Shown in pieces: positions 10,470-20,216 of a DNA stretch of 64,000 nucleotides (position 1 is its first letter; each line of letters begins with the position of its first letter). The stretch is from positions 8,079 to 72,078 of the forward strand of contig UQMA01000001.1 of NCBI GenBank assembly GCA_900542055.1, read 5' to 3'. The notes under the pieces were generated by a model. The model was not told the DNA's origin. It worked only from the letters and a program-made list of their open reading frames with translations, and made no database searches. The DNA comes from an uncultured Azospirillum sp. (GTDB lineage Bacteria > Pseudomonadota > Alphaproteobacteria > RF32 > CAG-239). The translations under genes and the position numbers were made by a program.

Positions 10470-10596
10470 TTAATAATAAAGCCCATAACTTTAATTTCAC
10501 ACGCAGGACGGCGGACACTCTAAGTTTTCGCTCCGGTGCTCTTAGCAAAGAGCCGAATGCCTGCGGAGGTTTAACCGGAAAACAAAGGATTATAAA
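10470..10596 (+). promoter_or_regulatory. Structured, GC-enriched 5' leader of rpsB (possible S2 autoregulatory element)
   Basis: Long-range complement cgcagg...cctgcg and a local hairpin gctctt-agcaa-agagc immediately upstream of the rpsB SD. Confidence 0.35.
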
Positions 10597-11442
10597 ATGA
10601 GTCTTCCAAAATTTACTATTCGCCAAATGATTGAAAACGGCGTACATTTCGGTCACCACGCTCGTCGTTGGAATCCGAAAATGGCCGAATATATCTATGG
10701 CAAAAAAGATAACATTCACATCATTGACTTGCAGCAGACTTACCCGATGCTCTACACTGCTTTGAATGCTGCCCGCGAAATTGCTGCCAACGGCGGTAAA
10801 GTTTTATTTGTCGGCACCAAAAGACAAGCTCAGGACATCATTAAAGAGAATGCTGAAAGATGTGGACAGTACTATGTAAACTATCGCTGGCTCGGCGGTA
10901 TGTTGACCAACTGGAAAACCGTTTATAAATCAATCTCTCGTTTAAACAAATTGAATGAGATGTTTGATAAAAACGAAACTGAAGGCTATACTAAAAAAGA
11001 ATTGCTCAATTTGAAAAAAGAACAAGACAAATTGGCAAAAGAATTGAATGGTGTTATGAATATGGGCGGACAGCCTGACTTGTTGTTCGTTGTTGATATG
11101 CCTAAAGAAGATTTGGCTATCAAAGAAGCTAAAAAACTCGGCATCCCGGTTATTGGTATTGCTGATACCAATGCGGATCCAAGCTTGGTTGACTTCCCAG
11201 TTCCAGGTAATGATGACGCTGTTCGTGCAATTCAATTTTATTGTGAATTGTTGTCTTCTGCCGTTTTGGACGGTATTCAAGCTGAAATCGCCGCACAAGG
11301 CGTTAAAGTTGACGAAATTGTAGCTGAAGCTAAACCTGCTCGCAAAAAAGCCGCAAAAGCTGATAGCGAAGCCGAAGGCACAGCTGAAGAAAAAGCTCCG
11401 GCTAAAAAAGCCGCCGCTAAGAAAAAAGCTGCTGCTGAATAA
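10597..11442 (+). CDS. rpsB: 30S ribosomal protein S2
   Basis: HFGHHARRWNPKM, and a Lys/Ala-rich C-terminal tail typical of alphaproteobacteria. Confidence 0.95.
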   Translation: MSLPKFTIRQMIENGVHFGHHARRWNPKMAEYIYGKKDNIHIIDLQQTYPMLYTALNAAREIAANGGKVLFVGTKRQAQDIIKENAERCGQYYVNYRWLGGMLTNWKTVYKSISRLNKLNEMFDKNETEGYTKKELLNLKKEQDKLAKELNGVMNMGGQPDLLFVVDMPKEDLAIKEAKKLGIPVIGIADTNADPSLVDFPVPGNDDAVRAIQFYCELLSSAVLDGIQAEIAAQGVKVDEIVAEAKPARKKAAKADSEAEGTAEEKAPAKKAAAKKKAAAE

Positions 11443-11470
11443 TAGCCAAAAGCTATAAATACAACTTAGC

Positions 11471-11508
11471 AAATGGCGGTATTTTATCTAACTAAAATAT
11501 CGCCATTT
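11471..11508 (+). promoter_or_regulatory. Imperfect long hairpin (aaatggcggtattttat...ataaaatatcgccattt) in the rpsB-tsf spacer; candidate attenuator
   Basis: Inverted repeat read directly. It is followed by tttt. Confidence 0.4.
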
Positions 11509-11538
11509 TAATTAAAACACAAAATTTGGGGAAAATTA

Positions 11539-12468
11539 ATGAGCGAAATTACAGCCGCTAAAGTAAAAGAATTAAGAGAATCAACCGGTGCCGGTATGCT
11601 TGATTGCAAAAAAGCTTTGGTTGAAACTAATGGCGATATGGAACAAGCCGTAGATTGGCTGCGCAAAAAAGGTTTGGCATCTGCCGCTAAAAAATCCAGC
11701 CGCGTTGCTGCCGAAGGTTTGGTTGCTGTTGCTGTTGACGGCAACAAAGGCGCCATTGTTGAAGTTAACTCCGAAACCGACTTCGTTGCCAAAAATGAAA
11801 TGTTTCAGGAATATGTTGAAGATGCAGCTAAAGTTGCTCTTGCCAGCCACGGCGATATCTGCGACATGAAAAACTTTAACTGCCCGAAATGTGGCAAAAC
11901 ATTTGCAGAACGCTTGACAGACTTGATCGCCAAAATCGGTGAAAATATGACCTTGCGCCGCGCACAAATGGTTGAAGTTGATAACGGTGTTATTGCTTCT
12001 TATGTTCACAATGTTACTCGTGGCAACCTCGGCAAAATCGGCGTTTTGGTAGCTTTGGAATCGAATGCCGCCGACAAAGCAAAATTGGCTGAACTCGGTA
12101 AACATTTGGCCATGCATATTGCCGCTTCACGTCCGTTATTCCAGACAATTGCTTCTGTAGATCCGGCAGCAGTTGAACGTGAAAAAGCTATTTTCAGCGA
12201 ACAGGCTAAAGCTTCTGGCAAACCTGAAAACATCATTGAAAAAATGATTGAAGGCCGTATCAAAAAATACTACGATGAAGTTGTATTTGAAGAACAGGCT
12301 TACATTATGGATCCGGACAAAAAAATCAAACAAGTTATCGCCGATACTGCTAAAGAACTCGGTGCAGACATCAAAGTTAAAGAATTTGTTTGCTTCAAAC
12401 TCGGTGAAGGCATCCAGAAAAAAGAAGAAGATTTTGCAGCTGAAGTTGCCGCACAATTGGCAAAATAA
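11539..12468 (+). CDS. tsf: Elongation factor Ts
   Basis: N-terminal UBA-like segment ITAAKVKELRESTGAGMLDCKKAL. Length 309 aa. Confidence 0.95.
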   Translation: MSEITAAKVKELRESTGAGMLDCKKALVETNGDMEQAVDWLRKKGLASAAKKSSRVAAEGLVAVAVDGNKGAIVEVNSETDFVAKNEMFQEYVEDAAKVALASHGDICDMKNFNCPKCGKTFAERLTDLIAKIGENMTLRRAQMVEVDNGVIASYVHNVTRGNLGKIGVLVALESNAADKAKLAELGKHLAMHIAASRPLFQTIASVDPAAVEREKAIFSEQAKASGKPENIIEKMIEGRIKKYYDEVVFEEQAYIMDPDKKIKQVIADTAKELGADIKVKEFVCFKLGEGIQKKEEDFAAEVAAQLAK

Positions 12469-12484
12469 CTTCCGTTTTATCTTC

Positions 12485-12519
12485 AAAAAAAGCTCCGTTT
12501 TAAAAACGGAGCTTTTTTA
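12485..12519 (+). terminator. Hairpin agctccgtt-ttaaa-aacggagct followed by a T-run, after tsf
   Basis: Read directly from the sequence. Confidence 0.8.
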
Positions 12520-12538
12520 GTACAAATAAAAACATTGA

Positions 12539-12958
12539 TTAGCAGCAAGGCAGATCCGCAACTTTTATTTTGAGAATCTCAAGCACAAAATCATACACAG
12601 GCTGCAAATCGGGATCATCGGCCAGAGCTTGTTTCAGTCTGCCTTCAACTAAAATCAAATCTATCACCGGCAATGATTGTAAAACAATAATCATCAACTC
12701 GGGATTAGCGCAGATTTCATCAACTGAAGTATTAATGCCGCGGCGATAAAATTCTTGCTGAATTTTACCATAGTATGACAAACATTCTTTAGCTGCTGAC
12801 CTAACGCTTTCAGGAAGGTTAAGGACCATTGTTACAGTTGACTGAATAACATCAAGCGTGTTCTGATACTCAGCCAATGTTAATAGATCTGTTTCTTCAA
12901 AATTGAGTGTTTGCAAATTTTTAAGCAAAGAACCCAAATCAATTTCAAGATAATCCAT
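12539..12958 (-). CDS. Hypothetical protein (139 aa)
   Basis: ORF only. Acidic, ends in CC. Confidence 0.4.
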   Translation of the reverse strand: MDYLEIDLGSLLKNLQTLNFEETDLLTLAEYQNTLDVIQSTVTMVLNLPESVRSAAKECLSYYGKIQQEFYRRGINTSVDEICANPELMIIVLQSLPVIDLILVEGRLKQALADDPDLQPVYDFVLEILKIKVADLPCC

Positions 12959-13035
12959 ACGCTATATGATAATCGGTTAATAATATTCTGCGATATGCAA
13001 TTTAGCGCAAAAACAGATAAAAAACAAGTCCAATA

Positions 13036-14172
13036 TCAAGCGGCTTTAAACATATCCTTTATGCGGTTAAAAAAGTTTTTTTCTTCAGGCAAACAATTAT
13101 CTTCACCTGAAATTTTTCTAAATTCTTCCAAAATTTCTTTTTGGCGGGCATTCAAGTTTACCGGCGTTTCCACTTTTATTTCAGCCCATAAATCTCCTTT
13201 TTGAGTAGCACGCAAACGCGGCATGCCTTCGTTTCGTATTTTCAAACGTTGTCCGCTTTGAGTTCCTGCCGGAATTTTAAGCTCCAATTTTCTTCCATCG
13301 ACCGAAGGAATTTCTATTGTTCCGCCCAAAGCAGCGCAAGCCATCGAAACAGGAACCCGCACAAATAAATCACTTCCCTGACGTTCATAGAGTTTATGGC
13401 CTTTAACATTCACAAAAACATACAAATCGCCGTTCATTCCGCCGCGTATTCCTGCAGCTCCTTCACCGGTAACGCGAATACGCGTGCCATCATCGATACC
13501 GGCCGGAATTTTGATTTTTAATTCTTTTTTATATTTGATATAGCCGTTACCGTTACAATCAGGGCATTTATCGGTCACTTTCCGTCCGCTGCCATGACAA
13601 TCGGGGCAAACTGTTTCCATAATCATAAAACCATGTTGCCGATGTACGCGTCCGCTTCCGCCGCACGACTGACAAACAGGAGCTTCTTTTCCGTCTTTTG
13701 TTCCGTGCCCATGACAAGTTTCGCAAGCTTTTGTCGTATTAAAAGAAATCGTCTTTTCCAGCCCCGCATAAGCTTCTTCCAGACTTACTTCCAAATCATA
13801 ACGCAAATCTTCGCCGTTTTGCGCTGATGAAGGAGAGCGCCGAGATTGTCCGCCGCCCATAAAATCAGAAAACACTTCAGAGAAAATATCTGCAAAACCG
13901 CCTGCCCCGCCGAAATTAAAATCAAACGGATTGGCTCCGCCGCCTTGTTCAAAAGCTGCATGCCCATAACGATCGTATGCTGCACGCTTTTGCTCGTCTT
14001 TTAAAACTTCATAAGCTTCGTTAATATCTTTAAATTTGGCTTCAGCCTCAGCATTCCCTGCATTGCGGTCAGGATGGTATTGCATAGCCAAACGGCGGTA
14101 TGATTTTTTTATTTCTTCGGCTGTTGCGGTTTTAGACACTTCAAGAACTTCGTAATAATCTTGCTTATTCAT
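13036..14172 (-). CDS. dnaJ: Molecular chaperone DnaJ
   Basis: J-domain with HPD, G/F region, and four CxxCxGxG zinc-finger repeats. Confidence 0.95.
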   Translation of the reverse strand: MNKQDYYEVLEVSKTATAEEIKKSYRRLAMQYHPDRNAGNAEAEAKFKDINEAYEVLKDEQKRAAYDRYGHAAFEQGGGANPFDFNFGGAGGFADIFSEVFSDFMGGGQSRRSPSSAQNGEDLRYDLEVSLEEAYAGLEKTISFNTTKACETCHGHGTKDGKEAPVCQSCGGSGRVHRQHGFMIMETVCPDCHGSGRKVTDKCPDCNGNGYIKYKKELKIKIPAGIDDGTRIRVTGEGAAGIRGGMNGDLYVFVNVKGHKLYERQGSDLFVRVPVSMACAALGGTIEIPSVDGRKLELKIPAGTQSGQRLKIRNEGMPRLRATQKGDLWAEIKVETPVNLNARQKEILEEFRKISGEDNCLPEEKNFFNRIKDMFKAA

Positions 14173-14350
14173 AGCTTATTTTCCTGATTTTTATAAATTA
14201 ACTTGCCTATTATTTAGTTTTTTTAATACTAAAACGCAAGTGCAAATTTACTGTCTTTTCTAAAATTGCCTTTGCTCCGAATAAGCATGCTTGCACATTT
14301 GCTTTTAAAGTGTTACTTCAATTGTAGTTTTAATTTATGGAAATAGAAAA

Positions 14351-15769
14351 ATGTCTTATGATGTAAAATCATCCAAAGCCGAAGAATTTATTTCACAAGA
14401 AGAAATTCTTGCAACTTTGGATTATGCCAATCAAAACCGCCACAATGCCGAATTGATTTCAAAAACCATCGACAAAGCTTCCTTATTAAAAGGACTTACT
14501 CACCGTGAAGCTTCGCTTTTATTAGCTTGCGATCTTCCTGAACAAAATAAAAAAATATTTGATTTAGCCGAGCAAATCAAAAAAGACTTTTATGGAAACC
14601 GTATTGTTCTGTTTGCTCCGCTGTATTTATCAAACTATTGCGTCAACGGATGCACCTATTGCCCTTATCACGCTAAAAACCGCCATATTCCTCGCCTGAA
14701 AATGACACAAGAGCAAATTCGCAAAGAAGTTATCGCCCTGCAAGATATGGGACATAAGCGTCTTGCCATAGAACTCGGAGAAGATCCGATTAACAACCCG
14801 ATTGAATATGTTTTGGAATCAATCAAAACCATTTACGATATCAAGCATAAAAACGGAGCAATTCGCCGTGTAAACGTAAATATCGCGGCAACCAGCGTTG
14901 AAAATTACCGCAAGCTTCATGAAGCCGGTATCGGCACGTATATTTTATTTCAGGAAACATATAACAAAGAAAATTATGAAACTTTGCACCCGACAGGACC
15001 AAAACACAACTACGCTTATCATACCGAAGCAATGGACCGCGCCATGGAAGGCGGAATCGATGATGTCGGATTAGGCGTGTTATTCGGATTGTCAACTTAT
15101 CAGTATGAATTTGCCGGATTGCTTATGCATGCCGAACATCTTGAAGCTAAATACGGTGTTGGTCCTCATACAATCAGTTTTCCTCGTATTAAACATGCCG
15201 ACGATATTGATCCAAACGCTTTTGACAACGCCATAAGCGATGACATTTTCGCAAAAATTATTGCTTGCACCAGAGTTGCCGTTCCTTACACAGGAATGAT
15301 TATCTCCACCCGCGAAAGCAAAGAGTGCCGTGAAAAAGTTATACATTACGGCATCAGCCAAATCAGCGGCGGCTCAAAAACTTCTGTCGGCGGTTATGCT
15401 GAACCCGAAATAGAAAATGAATCTGAACAATTTGATGTCAGCGACAAACGCACTTTGGATGAAGTCGTCAGATGGCTTATGGAAATCGGTTATATTCCAA
15501 GTTTTTGCACCGCATGCTACCGTGCGGGAAGAACCGGTGACCGCTTTATGTCATTTTGCAAATCACGGCAAATTCTTAACTTTTGTCATCCAAATGCTTT
15601 AATGACATTAAAAGAATTTTTGATTGACTATGCTTCTCCCGAAACCCAAAAAGTCGGTGAAGAGCTTATCAAGCGAGAATTATCGAAAATTCCGAACCCT
15701 AATATAAAATCCGTTTGTGAAAATAATTTGGAGCAAATCGAAAAAGGCACCCGCGATTTTCGTTTTTAA
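14351..15769 (+). CDS. Radical-SAM tyrosine-lyase family enzyme (ThiH/HydG-like)
   Basis: CVNGCTYCPY (Cx3CxYC) radical-SAM motif. 472 aa. C-terminal CTAC-x22-C, i.e. the CX2CX22C auxiliary-cluster spacing seen in HydG. Confidence 0.7.
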   Translation: MSYDVKSSKAEEFISQEEILATLDYANQNRHNAELISKTIDKASLLKGLTHREASLLLACDLPEQNKKIFDLAEQIKKDFYGNRIVLFAPLYLSNYCVNGCTYCPYHAKNRHIPRLKMTQEQIRKEVIALQDMGHKRLAIELGEDPINNPIEYVLESIKTIYDIKHKNGAIRRVNVNIAATSVENYRKLHEAGIGTYILFQETYNKENYETLHPTGPKHNYAYHTEAMDRAMEGGIDDVGLGVLFGLSTYQYEFAGLLMHAEHLEAKYGVGPHTISFPRIKHADDIDPNAFDNAISDDIFAKIIACTRVAVPYTGMIISTRESKECREKVIHYGISQISGGSKTSVGGYAEPEIENESEQFDVSDKRTLDEVVRWLMEIGYIPSFCTACYRAGRTGDRFMSFCKSRQILNFCHPNALMTLKEFLIDYASPETQKVGEELIKRELSKIPNPNIKSVCENNLEQIEKGTRDFRF

Positions 15770-15793
15770 ATTTTCAAATATTTTCCATGCGCA

Positions 15794-15824
15794 ATAAAGG
15801 CGGAAATATCCGCCTTTATTTATA
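15794..15824 (+). terminator. Hairpin aaaggcgg-aaatat-ccgccttt with T-tract
   Basis: Downstream of the radical-SAM gene. Confidence 0.6.
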
Positions 15825-15871
15825 TTGACAGAACAAAGCAATATTCATAAATTTACATAATTAATTAATAA

Positions 15872-16816
15872 ATGGAGATTCTCGTGACTGAACAACCTCT
15901 TGTATCGATAATCGTACCTGTTTTCAACACTTCGGCTTATCTTGAGCGCTGCTTAGACAGCCTGATCGGGCAAACATTGTATGATATTGAAATTATATGC
16001 ATTGATGACGGTTCCACAGATAACAGCATAGACATCCTTAATACTTATGCGCAAAAAGACCGAAGAATTAAAATTATCCGTCAGCAAAATGCCGGACAAT
16101 CTGCAGCGCGCAATGCCGGTATCAAGGCCGCAAGCGGGCGTTATATCGGTTTTGTTGATTCAGATGATTATGTTGACCTTGATTTTTACGGCAAGTTATA
16201 TCGCACGGCTATCATTTCAGCTGCCGGAATTGTTCAAGCCGCGACCCGCCGTATAGGAAAACGCAAAACCAGAGTGCAAAGATGCAAACCTCAACATATA
16301 AGAGATTTTGCTGTTGCTCTTCAAAACTTGAATCACGGAGGAGTTTGGGACAAACTCTATCAAACCGAAATAATAAAAAATCATCGGTTAAAATTTACCG
16401 AAGGACGAATTTTTGAAGATAATTTGTTTGCAATTCAGGCTTTGTGGTACGGAAAAACCATGCATATTATTTCAAACACATGCTATAATTATGTGTTTAA
16501 TTCCGATTCAACCACAACATCTCCTGAAAAGCTACAAAAAAGGAAATCCGACAGTTTAATAATCGCCGAAATGATTATGGATTTTGCCAACAAAAAAATG
16601 CCGGCAGGCGAAAAATCTCTAATAAAACGTTTCATCCTCAAAAATTTTATTAATCTTGATTTTCTAAATCAGCCGGATTACATGAAAAAATTACAGGAAA
16701 TACTGCAAGACTATCCTTTATTGCTGCGAATGAAAATAGTTTATAATCTTAAATATCAAATCAAACGTATTCGCAGAAAAATAAAAAACTTTTTTCAACC
16801 TGTAAAAAAAGCATAA
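15872..16816 (+). CDS. Family-2 glycosyltransferase
   Basis: IIVPVFNTSAYLERCLDSL...IDDGSTDNS, and DxD in FVDSDDY. Confidence 0.8.
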   Translation: MEILVTEQPLVSIIVPVFNTSAYLERCLDSLIGQTLYDIEIICIDDGSTDNSIDILNTYAQKDRRIKIIRQQNAGQSAARNAGIKAASGRYIGFVDSDDYVDLDFYGKLYRTAIISAAGIVQAATRRIGKRKTRVQRCKPQHIRDFAVALQNLNHGGVWDKLYQTEIIKNHRLKFTEGRIFEDNLFAIQALWYGKTMHIISNTCYNYVFNSDSTTTSPEKLQKRKSDSLIIAEMIMDFANKKMPAGEKSLIKRFILKNFINLDFLNQPDYMKKLQEILQDYPLLLRMKIVYNLKYQIKRIRRKIKNFFQPVKKA

Positions 16817-16845
16817 AAAAAATGCCCATCAAGGGCATTTTTTTA
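16814..16845. terminator. Hairpin atgccc-atcaa-gggcat flanked by an A-run and a T-run; bidirectional
   Basis: Between the GT2 gene and tRNA-Arg. Confidence 0.7.
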
Positions 16846-16922
16846 TGGCGTCGACGAGAGGACTCGAACCTCCCACCCACAGTTTAGGAAACTGTTGCTC
16901 TATCCTGATGAGCTACGTCGAC
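16846..16922 (-). tRNA. tRNA-Arg (anticodon CCT)
   Basis: Reverse complement folds as a cloverleaf: GTCGACG acceptor, anticodon loop TTCCTAA, T-arm GGTTCGAGTCC, 3' CCA encoded. Confidence 0.85.
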
Positions 16923-16964
16923 ATAAGGAGATAATTATAATAAAAAATCGCTTTATGCAACTGT

Positions 16965-17366
16965 TTATTCTTCACCTTCTATCCACGCGCGGATTCTACT
17001 CCATCCATATGAAAAATCACGGCGAAAACGGCGACGGAAAGCAGCATAATTGGTATCACGCAAAGTTACTGTAACCCAATATCCTCCGACTGCCAAAATA
17101 ATCAAAACGCCGACCAGCAGACCTCCGGCAAAAATCCACATTATTGCTGTAATCAAAGATAGAAAAAAAATCAGCAGCCAAGAATAATTGGCTCCTTTGA
17201 TAAAATAAATCGAATAAACAAACATTGCCAACAAAACAAAAGGGCCCAAAAAAGCAATTAACCGCGCCGGATACTCAAAGCGCCGTAAATTTAAATTAAC
17301 TGCCCATATTGCTCCGGCGGTCAAAACGCCGACCACAAACAGCAACACTGAATATAAAGTAGTCAT
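16965..17366 (-). CDS. Small integral membrane protein (133 aa, 3-4 TM)
   Basis: Hydrophobic ORF, no family recognised. Confidence 0.45.
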   Translation of the reverse strand: MTTLYSVLLFVVGVLTAGAIWAVNLNLRRFEYPARLIAFLGPFVLLAMFVYSIYFIKGANYSWLLIFFLSLITAIMWIFAGGLLVGVLIILAVGGYWVTVTLRDTNYAAFRRRFRRDFSYGWSRIRAWIEGEE

Positions 17367-17415
17367 TGTAAAATTATCCTCAAACGAGGTAAAATTATAT
17401 ACAAAATTTGCATAT

Positions 17416-17445
17416 TTGTCCAGTTTTTTATATTTGTCTTATAAT
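17416..17445 (+). promoter_or_regulatory. Candidate sigma70 promoter (ttgtcc -35, 18-nt spacer, tataat -10) for the GH24 gene
   Basis: Hexamers read directly, followed by SD ggaggg. Confidence 0.35.
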
Positions 17446-17506
17446 AAAGCTTCTCTTTATTTTTTTGAAAGAGCATGTTAGTATAATTTATTATGGAGGG
17501 TGCAAT

Positions 17507-18517
17507 ATGTCAAAATTAAAAACATTTCTGCTATCGGCATTTTTATCCGCAAGTTCTTTTCACGGACAAACTGCAACTGTTTCCGAAAGCAACAATTCAA
17601 ATGAAAACGCATCGCCTAAAACTGAAATTGTCAGCAAACCCAAAAAAGATAATTTTGCACAATACCGACAGGCCGAAAAAATAGCTATTCCAGCGCTCAT
17701 ATTCTTGGAAGGCTGCTCAAATGAAGCCTATCAGGATATGTGCAAAATATGGACAATAGGCATAGGCAACACCAAGCATCCCAACGGCTCCCCTGTAAAA
17801 AAAGGAGATATATTAAAAGATCAGGAAGAAATTAACCGCTACGTTATCAGTCATTTTGAAAAAGAAATCTATCCATACTTGAACAAATATATTAAACGTC
17901 CGCTTGCTCCGCATGAAATGGCGGCGGTAATTTGTTTGGCCTATAACTGCGGCGTAGATGCTCTTGGCAGCAATAATGCTAGAATAGCCAAAGCCATAAA
18001 CAGCAAAAATCAAGATGAAATTTCCAAAGCATTTTTAACCAGAGTAGCAACCAAGACAAAAAAATTTTCAAATGGACTTGCCATCCGCAGAACCTTGGAA
18101 TATCTTATTTTCAAAGGTGCGCTTACCGAAAAGGACATTAAACAGTTTTACATCGGAGGTTATGGTAAACTGAATTATAAAAACATCACAAAAGTTAAGA
18201 AAAATAAAAATTTTTACGGACGGGTTGCCAAAACTGATTTAGCTTGCCTGAATTACATAAAATCCATTTGTTCTCAATCTCCTGATCCAAATTTAATATC
18301 CAGTATTTCATGGTACGGAGGAGATAAAAAAGTCGGCGAATATATGGAAACACGTCAAGAAGAAAGAATGGTTACCAATATTTTTGCTCAATGTACCAAA
18401 GCGGCTCTGACATATTTACAAAAAAACAAAAAAGAAACAGCGGCAGAAAAAACAATTGCACAAGCCGCAAACATTTCTTATACCGCTGTTTCAAAAGCTC
18501 AGTCAAATATCCGCTAA
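17507..18517 (+). CDS. Secreted GH24 (phage/lambda-type) lysozyme-like protein with a C-terminal extension
   Basis: Signal peptide MSKLKTFLLSAFLSASSFHG. Catalytic-region motif FLEGC...QDMCKIWTIGIGNT (E...D...T). SD ggaggg. The ORF-track start at 17408 is an extension. Confidence 0.7.
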   Translation: MSKLKTFLLSAFLSASSFHGQTATVSESNNSNENASPKTEIVSKPKKDNFAQYRQAEKIAIPALIFLEGCSNEAYQDMCKIWTIGIGNTKHPNGSPVKKGDILKDQEEINRYVISHFEKEIYPYLNKYIKRPLAPHEMAAVICLAYNCGVDALGSNNARIAKAINSKNQDEISKAFLTRVATKTKKFSNGLAIRRTLEYLIFKGALTEKDIKQFYIGGYGKLNYKNITKVKKNKNFYGRVAKTDLACLNYIKSICSQSPDPNLISSISWYGGDKKVGEYMETRQEERMVTNIFAQCTKAALTYLQKNKKETAAEKTIAQAANISYTAVSKAQSNIR

Positions 18518-19614
18518 GCTTTAAACTCTTTCAAAAAGTTTTTTTGAATTTCAGCCAATTGTTCAACACTGTCCCATTCGACATATTCGCCTGAAGCATG
18601 CATTCCGTCACCGCTACCCGAGTGCATAACGACAACCGAACCTTTTTCGGCAAAAGCGCGCGAATCTGTTGCACCGCCGATATATTCAAATTCAATGTTT
18701 TTATTTATAACATTTTCGGCAATTTTTTTATACTGCAAAATATACTGATTTTTTTCGTCCATAACAACCGGATGAGAAGCTGTTATAATTTTATATTCCG
18801 TCCCCGCAACCAAACAAGAAGACAACTTTTTTTCTAACTCGGTTACCGATGAGTTTTCGGTTAATCTAAAATCAAGCAAAGCCTCGCAGCTATTAGAAAT
18901 AACATTGGCAACTTCCCCTCCTTCTATTTTGGCAAAATGCACCGTATCAATCCAAGTATTGTCAGGACGTTTGGTTTCTTTTGAAAAATAAGGATATAAT
19001 TTGCGGATATTATTTAAAACCTGCAACATTTTTTCATTAGCATCTACTCCTTCCCAAGGTGTTGATCCATGAGCTTCCAACCCTTTGGAAATAATTTTAA
19101 CAAAAACCGGATTTTTACATTTCGCCACGATTTTTGTTATATCGCCTGCAACATCGACATCAAGCACAACTTTGGCATTAATTTGCGGATTATCTTGTAA
19201 AAAGGCATCTAAACCAAAACTGCCTTTTTCTTCATCAGTTGAAAGCAAAACACCGAAATTCAGCGGAAGATTTTGTTTGATGGTATATTCAAGCGAATTT
19301 AGACCGACAGCAGCAAAAGACTTCATATCAAGAGTTCCTCTGCCGTAAATTTTATTATTTTCTTCTCTGGGAACAAACATATTGTCAGCAGCGGGAACCA
19401 CATCTAAATGACCGACAACCAATACGTCAAAATTCATTCCTTCATGGTTTGAAAGCAGTAAAACCGGCGCCAATTTATCTTTTTGATATAATGTACGGCA
19501 AATCTCATTGCCGAATAATCCCTGCACATATTCAAGACAACGGTTTATTTCCGATAAATTTCCGGTTTCGGTACGAAACTTTATTAAATTTTCAGCAATT
19601 TTTTTAAGCTCCAT
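18514..19614 (-). CDS. M20-family metallopeptidase (ArgE/DapE-like)
   Basis: HLDVVP, GRGTLDMK, DEE and C-terminal HG motifs. Confidence 0.8.
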   Translation of the reverse strand: MELKKIAENLIKFRTETGNLSEINRCLEYVQGLFGNEICRTLYQKDKLAPVLLLSNHEGMNFDVLVVGHLDVVPAADNMFVPREENNKIYGRGTLDMKSFAAVGLNSLEYTIKQNLPLNFGVLLSTDEEKGSFGLDAFLQDNPQINAKVVLDVDVAGDITKIVAKCKNPVFVKIISKGLEAHGSTPWEGVDANEKMLQVLNNIRKLYPYFSKETKRPDNTWIDTVHFAKIEGGEVANVISNSCEALLDFRLTENSSVTELEKKLSSCLVAGTEYKIITASHPVVMDEKNQYILQYKKIAENVINKNIEFEYIGGATDSRAFAEKGSVVVMHSGSGDGMHASGEYVEWDSVEQLAEIQKNFLKEFKA

Positions 19615-19700
19615 TTTTTTCCTCCCTTTTACTTTTTATTCATCATATTGAACTATGTTTATCCTAATTGTAATAAGAAAAAATTAATGAGGAAAAATAA

Positions 19701-20201
19701 ATGAAAAGATTTTGCCTGATATTGTTAGCGCTCGTATATTTCGTTTGTCCGGCCTTTGCACAGGAAGAAGACGGAGATACAGGCCACAATTTACCGCGAA
19801 TGGCATCTTTTCGCTCCAATCACATCAACGCGCGTTCCGGTCCCGGATCACGCTATCCCATTGAATGGATTTACAAACAAAAAAACGCTCCTGTCGAAAT
19901 TATTGCCGAATTTGAATTATGGCGAAAAATCAAAGATTGGGAAGGCGCTGAAACTTGGGTGCATAAAGCCATGTTGACCAATAAACGCTGGATAAAAATG
20001 ACTAAAAAGGAAACCGCAAACATATATGCTAAACCGCAATCGGATTCACGTATTATAGCAAAAGTTGAGGATCAGGTTATCGGCAAAATTGAAAAATGCC
20101 CCGAACAAAAGGATTTTTGCCTGATCAAATTTTCAGAATTTGAAGGATGGGTAAACCGCAACGATTTCTACGGTGTTTATCCAAACGAAACCATAAACTA
20201 A
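19701..20201 (+). CDS. Secreted bacterial SH3 (SH3b)-domain protein
   Basis: Signal peptide MKRFCLILLALVYFVCPAFA. Two SH3b-like segments (ARSGPGSRYPIEWIY..., ANIYAKPQSDSRIIAKVEDQ...). Confidence 0.55.
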   Translation: MKRFCLILLALVYFVCPAFAQEEDGDTGHNLPRMASFRSNHINARSGPGSRYPIEWIYKQKNAPVEIIAEFELWRKIKDWEGAETWVHKAMLTNKRWIKMTKKETANIYAKPQSDSRIIAKVEDQVIGKIEKCPEQKDFCLIKFSEFEGWVNRNDFYGVYPNETIN

Positions 20202-20216
20202 TTTGCGAGAAAACCT

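Noticed and set aside
14173-14350. Repeated gcaagtgcaaat / cttgcacatttgc segments in the dnaJ upstream region as a possible operator
   Set aside because: They are neither a clean inverted nor a clean direct repeat on closer reading.
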